Shown here: piece after piece, positions 18,794 to 26,266 of the stretch
Numbering within the stretch: the stretch's first letter is position 1
Layout of the letters: every line of letters starts with the position of its first letter
Notes under the pieces: model-generated
Database searches by the model: none
What the model saw: the letters and a program-made list of their open reading frames with translations, nothing else
What the model was told of the DNA's origin: nothing
NCBI GenBank assembly: GCA_037445735.1
Contig: JBBIJY010000031.1
Location: 1-27,821 of the forward strand
Source: Armatimonadota bacterium
Lineage (GTDB): Bacteria; Armatimonadota; Fimbriimonadia; Fimbriimonadales; GBS-DC
Length of the DNA stretch: 27,821 nucleotides
Direction: 5' to 3'
Position numbers and translations under genes: made by a program

Positions 18794-19653
18794 TTCATCT
18801 GGAACAGTGTCTGCGCCGCGTGCAGCACCTCGCGTGCGCGCGCCATGAACTGCTCCGCCTCCTCCAGACCGATGCCCAGCACATTCAGCACGCGCGTGTC
18901 GAACGGCTCCGGCGGCGCCTCCGGGTTCATCATGTAGCCGATCTGGTTCGCGCAGTAGTCGGCGAACTCGATCAGGGCGCAGTTAGGGTCGTTCTGGTCG
19001 AGGCTCTGGTGATGGAACCGCACCATTTTGGCGATTCGGGGTGGCAGGTTCCAGCGTTCCACCAGCAGGGCGCCTATTTCTTCATGGGTGAAGCCGAACA
19101 GCTCGCGTTCCGCCTCGTGCACGGGCATGCGGTAGTGATGCACCAGGTCGCTCAGCTCGCCCATCCAGTCGGTGAGCGCGGTGCTGATGACCAGCTTGCC
19201 CACATCGTGCAGGAGTCCAGCGGTGAACGCCTCGCTGCGGGCGTCCACATCGAAGGCGCGGGCGCCCGCCTGTGCCACCAGCCCGACCGCCAGCGAGTGC
19301 GACCACAGCCCGCTCACATGGAGGGTGTAGCCCACCAGCGCCCGCCGAAACAGCGGATAGGTCGCCGCCACCAGCGCCAGATTCTTGATGGTGCTGATGC
19401 CCAGCACCACCACCGCCTCTTCAATCGTGGCAATCTGGCGCATCATGCCGTAGTAAGCCGAGTTGGCGATGCGCAACAGGCGCACCGTGAAGCCCTGATC
19501 GCGCCCGATAATCAGCGCCAGCTGCTGGGCTGACATATCCGGATTGTCCGCCGCCTGATAGACCTGCATCACGACCACAGGCAGACTCGGCAGGTCCTTC
19601 AAACGCTGAATCACCTCTTCTGCCGATGCAACGGGTCGAGTGTGTGTCGCCAT
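18790..19653 (-). CDS. HDOD domain signal-transduction protein
   Basis: LPSLP, D..FTVRLLRIANSAYYG, LWSHSL, AGLLHDVGKL, THEEIGALL..WNLP, HH; GGAGG RBS. Confidence 0.92.
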   Translation of the reverse strand: MATHTRPVASAEEVIQRLKDLPSLPVVVMQVYQAADNPDMSAQQLALIIGRDQGFTVRLLRIANSAYYGMMRQIATIEEAVVVLGISTIKNLALVAATYPLFRRALVGYTLHVSGLWSHSLAVGLVAQAGARAFDVDARSEAFTAGLLHDVGKLVISTALTDWMGELSDLVHHYRMPVHEAERELFGFTHEEIGALLVERWNLPPRIAKMVRFHHQSLDQNDPNCALIEFADYCANQIGYMMNPEAPPEPFDTRVLNVLGIGLEEAEQFMARAREVLHAAQTLFQMK

Positions 19654-19735
19654 CGTCCTATCCTCCGTGCCGCTGTGGGGATGTTTCCACATCCGTGTGC
19701 CGTTCTCCAACGATTTTCGGGTACACTCTGGGGGG

Positions 19736-20578
19736 ATGCGCTGGCGCGTGGCTCAGTGGTGTGCGTTTGAAGCGTCGCACTTCTACCGCCTGCCCCACCT
19801 GAGCATCGAAGAGAACGAGCAACTGTTCGGGAAGGCAGCGCGGCACCACGGGCACAACTACCGGGTCTGCATCCAGATGCTCATTCAGCCCCATCCAGAG
19901 CGCCACCTCTGCCCCCGCGAACTGGAGCACCAGCTGCAAACGCACATCGACCGCCAGTTCGACCATCGCTGCCTGAACCTCGAACACCCCTATTTTCAGC
20001 ACCATCTGCCGACCACCGAGAACATGGCGGTCTATCTCTACCACGACCTTCAGCCGATGCTGCCGTACCCGCTGGAGGCGGTGGAGGTGCATGAATCGGA
20101 GTGGCTCTCGTCGGCGTATCGGGGCGAGCGTCGGCGCCATCCCGACGGCGAGGAGGTACCCATGGTCTATCTCACCCGCAGCTATCACTTTTCGGCGTCG
20201 CACCGGCTCTATCATCCGAACCTGAGCGAGCAGGAGAACACCGCGCTGTTCGGCAAATGCAGCCATCCGTATGGGCACGGGCACGACTACCGCCTCGAAA
20301 TCACCGTTCGCGGCGAGCCAGACCCCATCACCGGCATGATTATCAGCCTGGCGGAGCTGGACGCACTGGTCCATCGCGAGGTGCTGGAACGGCTCGACCA
20401 CCGCTTCCTGAACGAGGAGGTCGCCGAGTTCCAGCAGGTGATCCCGACCACCGAGAATATCGTGCAGTTCATCTATCGGCGACTGGCGCCGCATCTGAGC
20501 GGGCGCGCACAGCTCCACAGCGTGCGCCTTTACGAGACCCCACGCAGCTGCTTCGAAATGGTTAACAGCGAACCATGA
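19736..20578 (+). CDS. queD: Tandem-domain 6-pyruvoyl-tetrahydropterin / 6-carboxy-tetrahydropterin synthase
   Basis: Two T-fold repeats, each with ASH...HGH(N/D)Y...DH...PTTEN...E motifs. Confidence 0.85.
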   Translation: MRWRVAQWCAFEASHFYRLPHLSIEENEQLFGKAARHHGHNYRVCIQMLIQPHPERHLCPRELEHQLQTHIDRQFDHRCLNLEHPYFQHHLPTTENMAVYLYHDLQPMLPYPLEAVEVHESEWLSSAYRGERRRHPDGEEVPMVYLTRSYHFSASHRLYHPNLSEQENTALFGKCSHPYGHGHDYRLEITVRGEPDPITGMIISLAELDALVHREVLERLDHRFLNEEVAEFQQVIPTTENIVQFIYRRLAPHLSGRAQLHSVRLYETPRSCFEMVNSEP

Positions 20579-20660
20579 AAGGTGAGATTGCCCCGCCATC
20601 ATGGAACAATCCCGCTGCTGCGGTTCGTATACCGATAGTGCCTGTGTCGATTCGGAGGCG

Positions 20661-21509
20661 ATGATGCAGACTTTGCCGGTCAACCGTTCGAGCCAGCTTC
20701 AGGCGGCGCAGGTGCTGATGTGTGCGCCCAGCGCGTACGATCTGCTCTATGAGATCAACGCCTGGATGCATCTCAGCAACCGTCCCGATAAGCGGCTGGC
20801 GTGGCAGCAGTGGGAACAGCTCTATCAGGTGCTGACCAGCGAGGTCGGTGTCCCGGTGGCGCTGATTGAGCAGGCGCAGGAGGCGCCCGATATGGTGTTC
20901 ACGGCGAACGCGGGTCTGCCCCTGCCGGGCAAACGCATCGTGCTGTCGCGCTTCCGCCACCCCGAACGACAGGTGGAGGAACCCTATTTTGAGCAGTTCT
21001 TCCGCTCGCACGGCTTCACGGTGCATCTGCTGCCGCCCGACTGCGCCTTTGAGGGTGAGGGCGACGCCTTCTATCTCGGCGACTTCATCGTGGCTGGCTA
21101 CCGCAAACGCACCGACATCTGCGCCCATCGCCACCTCAGCGAACTCACAGGTCTCGAAACGCTCAGCCTCGAACTGGTGGACGACCGCTGGTATCACCTT
21201 GACACCTGCTTCTTGCCGCTGGGTGGACGGCTGGTCGCCTATTACCCCGAAGCGTTCGACTGGTACGCTCGCCGCGTGATTCAGGAACATTTTGAGGTGA
21301 TCCCTGTCAGCCCCGAAGAGGCGTTGCGATTCGCGTGCAACTCGGTGGTCATCGGCAAGCATGTGGTGATGCCCGCAGGCTGCCCCATCCTGCGCTTTCA
21401 TCTGGAGGAGCGCGGCTTCCGCGTGCATGAGGTGCCGATGAGCGAGTTCATCAAATCGGGCGGCGCGTGCAAGTGCCTCACGCTCTACCTGCCCGAGCCC
21501 ATCGGCTAA
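20661..21509 (+). CDS. Amidinotransferase/pentein-fold enzyme (dimethylargininase or ArgZ-like arginine dihydrolase domain)
   Basis: LMC.P, INAWM, PDMVFTANAG, FRHPERQ.E, FEGEGD, YHLDTCF, EFIKSGGACKCLTL; GGAGG RBS before ATG 20661. Confidence 0.88.
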   Translation: MMQTLPVNRSSQLQAAQVLMCAPSAYDLLYEINAWMHLSNRPDKRLAWQQWEQLYQVLTSEVGVPVALIEQAQEAPDMVFTANAGLPLPGKRIVLSRFRHPERQVEEPYFEQFFRSHGFTVHLLPPDCAFEGEGDAFYLGDFIVAGYRKRTDICAHRHLSELTGLETLSLELVDDRWYHLDTCFLPLGGRLVAYYPEAFDWYARRVIQEHFEVIPVSPEEALRFACNSVVIGKHVVMPAGCPILRFHLEERGFRVHEVPMSEFIKSGGACKCLTLYLPEPIG

Positions 21510-22516
21510 CGACGCTCATACCACGCCTGCACGAACTGCCTGTATTCGACCTGCTCCTGCAGGATGCGCTGCCACCAGTCGCGATTCTGCACATACCACA
21601 GCACCGTCTCGCGCAGCGCGTCCTCAAAATCCGCCTGCGGCTGCCAGCCCAGCGCACGGATGCGACGGGTGTCCAGCGCGTAGCGACGGTCGTGCCCCGG
21701 ACGGTCCGTCACGAACTGGATCAGCGTCTCGGGCTTGCCGAGAATGGTCAGAATGCGGCGGGTGATTTCGAGGTTCGTGCGCTCGTTGTTCGCCGCGATG
21801 TTGTAGATGGAGCCGACCTGACCCCTGTGCAGCACAAGATCGAGCGCACGCACATGGTCATCCACATAGAGCCAGTCGCGCACCTGCTGCCCGTCGCCAT
21901 AGAGGGGCAGCGGCTGATCCTGAAGGGCGCGCGTGACGAAGAAGGGGATCAGCTTTTCGGGGTACTGGCGCGGTCCGAAGGTGTTGCTGGGGCGCACGAT
22001 CAGCACGGGCAGCCCGTAGGTTCGGTGATAGGCTTGCGCCAGCAGGTCGGCGCCCGCCTTGCTGGCGGCGTAGGGACTGCTCGGACGCAGGGGCGAATCC
22101 TCCGTGCAGGCGCCTTCCCCAACGGGACCATACACCTCGTCGGTGCTGACATGCAGAAACCGTTCGACGCCCGCCTGCCGCGCCGCCTCCAGCACCATGA
22201 AGGTGCCATACACATCGGTGGTGATGAAGGCGTCGGGGTTCAGGATGGAGCGGTCGACATGCGTTTCGGCAGCTAAGTGTGCCACGAGTTGCACGCCCTG
22301 CATCGCGGTCTGCACCGCCTGACGGTCGCGCACATCGGCATGGATGAACTCAAAGCGCGGGTCGCCCTCCGCTTCCTTCAAATTCTCGCGGTTGCCCGCG
22401 TAGGTGAGCGCATCCAGCACACGCACCCGATAGTCGGGATAGTGGCGCAGCAGATAGAGGGTCAGATGGCTGCCGATGAAGCCTGCGCCGCCCGTGATCA
22501 GCACCGTTTGCCCCAT
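21506..22516 (-). CDS. rfbB: dTDP-glucose 4,6-dehydratase
   Basis: ITGGAGFIGSH, DALTYAGN, AAETHVDRSI, VSTDEVYG, YAASK, QYPEKLIP, DRPGHDRRYA. Confidence 0.96.
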   Translation of the reverse strand: MGQTVLITGGAGFIGSHLTLYLLRHYPDYRVRVLDALTYAGNRENLKEAEGDPRFEFIHADVRDRQAVQTAMQGVQLVAHLAAETHVDRSILNPDAFITTDVYGTFMVLEAARQAGVERFLHVSTDEVYGPVGEGACTEDSPLRPSSPYAASKAGADLLAQAYHRTYGLPVLIVRPSNTFGPRQYPEKLIPFFVTRALQDQPLPLYGDGQQVRDWLYVDDHVRALDLVLHRGQVGSIYNIAANNERTNLEITRRILTILGKPETLIQFVTDRPGHDRRYALDTRRIRALGWQPQADFEDALRETVLWYVQNRDWWQRILQEQVEYRQFVQAWYERR

Positions 22517-22551
22517 GTTTTGAGCATACCCGACAGCGAAGGGGCGGCGTG

Positions 22552-22567
22552 TGGCACAAAAGTTGCT
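22552..22567 (+). promoter_or_regulatory. Sigma-54 (-24/-12) promoter
   Basis: TGGCAC-AAAAG-TTGCT with canonical spacing (GG 22553-54, GC 22565-66); predicted +1 at G22578. Confidence 0.8.
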
Positions 22568-22577
22568 GCAAGGGAAG

Positions 22578-22701
22578 GTAGGGGAGCAAAGCCTGCCCTC
22601 GCAAGGAGGTTGCCACTCTCGACAACCTCAGCGCGAGGTGAATCTACGGGCAATCGTAGCATGAAGAAAATGCCGGGGCACCGCCCCGGCATTTTCTTTT
22701 T
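22578..22701 (+). ncRNA. Candidate sigma-54-dependent small RNA (~124 nt, four stem-loops)
   Basis: Lies between the sigma-54 promoter and the terminator. Stems: GTAGG/CCTGC; CCTCGC/GCGAGG enclosing GAGGTTG/CAACCTC; CTACGG-GCAA-TCGTAG; terminator stem. No credible ORF. Confidence 0.65.
22664..22701 (+). terminator. Rho-independent terminator (potentially bidirectional)
   Basis: Perfect 16-bp stem AAGAAAATGCCGGGGC-acc-GCCCCGGCATTTTCTT followed by TTT. Confidence 0.85.
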
Positions 22702-22726
22702 GCGAGCGCCAGAGGGAGCCGCTAAG

Positions 22727-22969
22727 CCCCTCTCCCCCACGGGCGGAGAGGGACTTAATTGTTCCCTCTCCCCTCTGGGGAGAGGGCTGGGGTGAGGGGT
22801 TTTCTGCAAGCATGCGGGATATAGCCCCCTCACCCGTACCCTCTCCCCCGCTGGGGGAGAGGGGCTGATTTGTCCCCTCACCCGTACCCTCTCCCCCGCT
22901 GGGGGAGAGGGCTTGGTTTCTCCCTCTCCCCTCTGGGGAGAGGGGCGGGGTGAGGGGCATCCTGTCCTC
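22727..22969. repeat. Cluster of about 5 BoxC/REP-like palindromes; 22825-22969 is the left copy of a ~145-bp direct repeat
   Basis: Multiple CCCTCTCCCC...GGGGAGAGGG units; 22825-22969 nearly identical to 26267-26410. Confidence 0.9.
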
Positions 22970-23084
22970 CAGGTGGAGTGATCCTGCCCCGGATTGGATT
23001 GTTCGAACAGTCAGGGATCCCCACTGCTGCCCGTGCTGCGATGAGTGCTGCGGCAGAAGGTAGGCGGATGGGCCATCTCTGACC

Positions 23085-23113
23085 GAGCAGGGGGCTGGAA
23101 TAGCCCCCTGCTC
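23085..23113 (-). terminator. GC-rich hairpin downstream of the TA / MTase remnant (no U-tract)
   Basis: Perfect 12-bp stem GAGCAGGGGGCT-ggaat-AGCCCCCTGCTC, 13 nt past the remnant stop codon. Confidence 0.4.
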
Positions 23114-23126
23114 CCTGGTGACGCCA

Positions 23127-23342
23127 TCACATCTCCAGCTCCGGCTGGCGGGTCTCCACCTGAACCCGCTCCGCTGACTGCACACCCGCCAGCAACGCCG
23201 CCGCAGGGATTGCAAACCCCTTGCCTTCAAGCAACTCCCCAACCATGCGTATCTGCAGCCGCGCCAGCCGAACCCTCCCCAGCGGCGTCGTGTAATACCC
23301 CGCCCGCTCCGCCTCCCGAACCATCTCCCGCGTCGGCAACTC
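23127..23342 (-). pseudogene. Duplicated 3' fragment (71 codons plus stop) of the adjacent MTase-endonuclease gene
   Basis: 216 bp colinear with 24218-24433 (about 16 mismatches by hand count); encodes ...TTPLGRVRLARLQI...RQPELEM. Confidence 0.88.
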
Positions 23343-23346
23343 CTGT

Positions 23347-23838
23347 CTATTCTGCGTCTTTGAGCAGCAGTTCTCTCTCAAAAATCCCGAAGCCGCGCTC
23401 CTGCAGCCGATCCAGAGTTTTGGCTAAATCCCGAATCAGACCCAGCGAGGCTGCATCCTTCAATACCAGTCCCGTGCTGATATGCCGAATCCCAAGTGCA
23501 TCGCAGAGGTGGCGCGCCTTTCTATCGTCCACAATCGCCACATCTGCCTGCCCACAGAGCATCAGGGCAATCACTTCACCTTCGCCAGTGCCTTGCAGGG
23601 ACGGCGGAACGCGTGTCGAGTCGGCTGGCGCCACGATTCTGATCCATCCCTCCCTGACCGCTCGGCGCACAGCGTTCGCTCCTGCCCTCCCGGCACCACG
23701 CACCACCACATCCTCGTAGACCGCTGGAGGGATGATCACTATCGGATAGAGGCGAGCCAGCAGACGCAGCCTGCGAATTTTTGCCAGCCCAATCAGCGGG
23801 CTGGCGTCAACGGCGACGGTCAGCGGTCTTTCACTCAT
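23347..23838 (-). CDS. PIN-domain (VapC-like, DUF3368-type) toxin
   Basis: VAVDASPLI, IPPAVYED, GTGEGEVIAL, IVDDRKAR, STGLVL..A...GLI acidic PIN motifs; ATGA overlap with the upstream gene. Confidence 0.88.
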   Translation of the reverse strand: MSERPLTVAVDASPLIGLAKIRRLRLLARLYPIVIIPPAVYEDVVVRGAGRAGANAVRRAVREGWIRIVAPADSTRVPPSLQGTGEGEVIALMLCGQADVAIVDDRKARHLCDALGIRHISTGLVLKDAASLGLIRDLAKTLDRLQERGFGIFERELLLKDAE

Positions 23839-24131
23839 TCATCCGTCGAACCTGAAACCGCACGCTGATGCCGAATCCACTCCAGCACCGCACTTTCACG
23901 CGCGAGGTCTTCTGCCGTGTAGCGCACCACCCCCATCCGCGCCTGCGTCATCCGCTCAATCAGCTCGGCGCGACTGACGCCCAGCAGCTGCGCCCCCTCC
24001 GATTGCGAGAGAAAACCTTCCTCCACCAGCTTCAAAATCAAAATCTCACGCGCCTCCCGCTCGCCAATCGGCACGCTGGCAGGAAGCTCCAGATGAATCG
24101 TTATCGCGCGTTTGGTTTCTGCCTGTGCCAT
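23835..24131 (-). CDS. UPF0175-family putative antitoxin (HTH)
   Basis: 98 aa, KLVEEGFLSQSEGAQLLGVSRAELIE pattern; coupled to the PIN gene; own GGTATAAT -10 at 24149-24156. Confidence 0.85.
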   Translation of the reverse strand: MAQAETKRAITIHLELPASVPIGEREAREILILKLVEEGFLSQSEGAQLLGVSRAELIERMTQARMGVVRYTAEDLARESAVLEWIRHQRAVSGSTDE

Positions 24132-24217
24132 GCGCTCTCACCAAGAGAATTATACCCCTGAAGGTGTTCACATCTCCAGCTCTCTGAACCGCGGAAGCCC
24201 CGCTTCCGCACTCCATA

Positions 24218-25894
24218 TCACATCTCCAGCTCCGGCTGGCGGGTCTCTGCCCGAACCCGCTCCGCTGACTGCACACCCGCCAGCAACGCCGCCGCAGGGA
24301 TTGCAAACCCCTTGCCTTCAAGCAACTCCCCGACTGTGCGTATCTGCAGCCGCGCCAGCCGAACCCTCCCCAGCGGCGTCGTGTAAAACCCCGCCTGCTC
24401 CGCCTCGCGCACCATGTCGCGGGTGGGCGGCTCCAGCGTTACAAAAAGCCCCAGCGTTGCCTGCTCCCGCTCCAGCACGCCCCGAAAGTCGCGAATGTCC
24501 TTGACCCCCACGCGCCCGCTCTTGACCTGAATCACCACCTTTTTGGGGTGTTCGCGCGGGTTGTCGGTGAAGTAGAGCATCCCGTCAATCCCCGTGTCGG
24601 CGCCTTTTTTCTGCTGGTAGGGGAACGCCCGCGGAATCAGTCCAATCGCCCACTTCTGGAACTCGTCGCGGTCTTGAAGCGCCAGCGCCCGCGCGTCGGC
24701 GACGGTGGTCGGCTCGCCAATCACGCGATAGTCTTTGCCTTCCTTGAGGTCAAACATATCGCTGAGGCGGTACTTGATGAGCGCAATCGCGAGGTGGGTG
24801 ATGTCGATACCAATCCACTGGCGTTTGAGTTTGTGGGCGGCGACGATTGCGGTTCCGCAACCGCAGAAGGGGTCTAACACGGTATCGCCCTCGTTGCTGG
24901 ATGCCTGGATGATACGCTCCAGCAGGGCGAGCGGCTTCTGCGTGGGGTAGCCGAGACGCTCGCGGGCGTGCGCGCCAATGGGCTGAATATCCGTGATGAC
25001 ATCCTGAATCGGGTTGCCCGCGCTCATCTCCAGGTAGCGTTTATACCGCGGCACGCGCCCTTTCTTGGGCCAGACGATGTAGCCAGCGGCTTCGAGGGCG
25101 TCCAGTTTCTCCTGCACGCTCATTTGCTGGGCGCGCTCCCTGCCCACCACTTGTTCCACCAGCGGTTGGGGCACTGCCCAGTGCCGACCGACCTGAGTCG
25201 GGTCTACCCCCTTCCACGGCATGCCTGAGTCGCCTTTCGTTGTGCCCGCGCCAGTCAGAGTCACCAGGTGGTACCTGCCGCGCTCGTCCTGAAAGCGATA
25301 ACATTTCTCTATGTAATTCGGGTCGAGTGCCTCGTAGACGCGATTCCATGTATAGTTTTCGCTTTTGGAGTAGAACAGCAGCACATCGTGAATGGGTCCC
25401 CAGCGTTTTGCGCCGCCGTGCGCGCCCGTCCGCTTCCATACAATCTCGTTGCGAAAGTTGCGCGCCCCGAAAATCACATCCAGCATCACCTTCAGGTAGT
25501 GGCTTGCCGTCGGGTCGCAGTGCAAATACAAACTCCCCGTCGGCTTCAGCACCCGGTGCAGTTCCACCAGCCGCGGCGCCATCATCACGAGGTACGCTGT
25601 GAGGTCGTTGCGTCCTAAGGTGCGCACAAACCCCTGCACCAGTTCCACCAGCGCGGGCAGCGTACAGGTTTCGCAGAAGTCCACATAGGCGCGCTCGCTC
25701 CACTGCCAGGTGTCGGTGAAGGCTTTGATTTGCGCCTGCGCGGGTTCGCCCGACTGCTCCCGAAAGAGCAGGTTGTAGTCGCGCTGGCTGTTGAACGGGG
25801 GGTCGAGGTAGATGAGGTCTACGCTTTCGTCCCCGATATGTTTGCGCAGGACCTCCAGATTGTCACCATAGTAGAGCGTGTTAGCAGGGTGCAT
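24218..25894 (-). CDS. Beta-class N6A/N4C DNA methyltransferase fused to a C-terminal Mrr-like PD-(D/E)xK nuclease domain
   Basis: LYYGDNL, DLIYLDPPFNS (motif IV), YPTQKP, VLDPFCGCGT (motif I); C-terminus ADTGIDG...VVIQVKSG...IRDFRGVL. Confidence 0.92.
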   Translation of the reverse strand: MHPANTLYYGDNLEVLRKHIGDESVDLIYLDPPFNSQRDYNLLFREQSGEPAQAQIKAFTDTWQWSERAYVDFCETCTLPALVELVQGFVRTLGRNDLTAYLVMMAPRLVELHRVLKPTGSLYLHCDPTASHYLKVMLDVIFGARNFRNEIVWKRTGAHGGAKRWGPIHDVLLFYSKSENYTWNRVYEALDPNYIEKCYRFQDERGRYHLVTLTGAGTTKGDSGMPWKGVDPTQVGRHWAVPQPLVEQVVGRERAQQMSVQEKLDALEAAGYIVWPKKGRVPRYKRYLEMSAGNPIQDVITDIQPIGAHARERLGYPTQKPLALLERIIQASSNEGDTVLDPFCGCGTAIVAAHKLKRQWIGIDITHLAIALIKYRLSDMFDLKEGKDYRVIGEPTTVADARALALQDRDEFQKWAIGLIPRAFPYQQKKGADTGIDGMLYFTDNPREHPKKVVIQVKSGRVGVKDIRDFRGVLEREQATLGLFVTLEPPTRDMVREAEQAGFYTTPLGRVRLARLQIRTVGELLEGKGFAIPAAALLAGVQSAERVRAETRQPELEM

Positions 25895-25924
25895 GGCGAT
25901 AGAGATTGTACCTGATGGGTTCTG

Positions 25925-26029
25925 GTAGGGGCGTACGGCTGTGCGCCCGTGCGACGGCTGTGCGCCGTGCGATGGCTGTGCGCTTGTGTTGTGGATATGC
26001 GTGTAGGGGCGCAGTGAACACGCCCTTAC
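25925..26029 (+). repeat. GTAG-type REP elements with an internal 18-19-bp tandem expansion
   Basis: GTAGGGGCGTACGGCTGTGCGCCC (25925-25948), tandem A(C/T)GGCTGTGCGC(C)CGTGCG units to 25983, GTAGGGGCGCAGTGAACACGCCCTTAC (26003-26029). Confidence 0.75.
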
Positions 26030-26031
26030 CC

Positions 26032-26137
26032 GTTTCAATCCCCTGCGCAGGGGCGGTCCTTCGGGACACTTGCTCTACCACGACGGGAGGTTGTACGTTC
26101 TGTTTCAATCCCCTGCGCAGGGGCGGTCCTTCGGGAC
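26032..26137 (-). CRISPR. CRISPR mini-array: 2 identical 36-bp repeats and one 34-bp spacer
   Basis: Repeat on the minus strand GTCCCGAAGGACCGCCCCTGCGCAGGGGATTGAAAC, with internal CCCCTGCGCAGGGG palindrome and ATTGAAAC 3' end; copies at 26032-26067 and 26102-26137. Confidence 0.85.
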
Positions 26138-26246
26138 CCTGCGCGCCTATTATACCCCATTCTGAACCCGAAAATCAAGTCCCGATTCCGAACCTCCCCT
26201 CGAATCGCCAAAATTTGACTCATGAGTCAGGGGGGTTCCGAATCGG
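26138..26246 (-). promoter_or_regulatory. Putative CRISPR leader and promoter
   Basis: Minus strand TTGATT (26173-26178)-N18-TATAAT (26149-26154), 11 nt before the first repeat; inverted repeat 26182-26198/26230-26246. Confidence 0.6.
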
Positions 26247-26266
26247 TTTTAATGGGGGTGGTCAGT

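Noticed and set aside
22638-22663. Micro-ORF GTG-NLRAIVA-stop inside the sRNA candidate (tmRNA-tag-like)
   Set aside because: No properly spaced RBS and no tRNA-like domain or CCA end; far too short for tmRNA.
22825-22960. REP clusters as CRISPR arrays
   Set aside because: Units are dispersed palindromes with short, reused linkers rather than unique spacers.
22997-23012. Palindrome GATTGTTCGAACAGTC as a LexA box
   Set aside because: Does not fit the GAAC-N4-GTTC arrangement and is not near an identifiable promoter.
22277-23242. ORFs 22277-22795, 22498-22881 and 22628-23242
   Set aside because: They translate antisense rfbB, the terminator and REP palindromes (LSP.GGEG / PSP peptides), with no RBS or domain.
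25902-25911. CRISPR spacer targeting the MTase promoter (GAGATTGTAC vs spacer GAGGTTGTAC)
   Set aside because: Only 9/10 matches, and the crRNA 5' seed has mismatches at positions 2, 3 and 5; compatible with chance.
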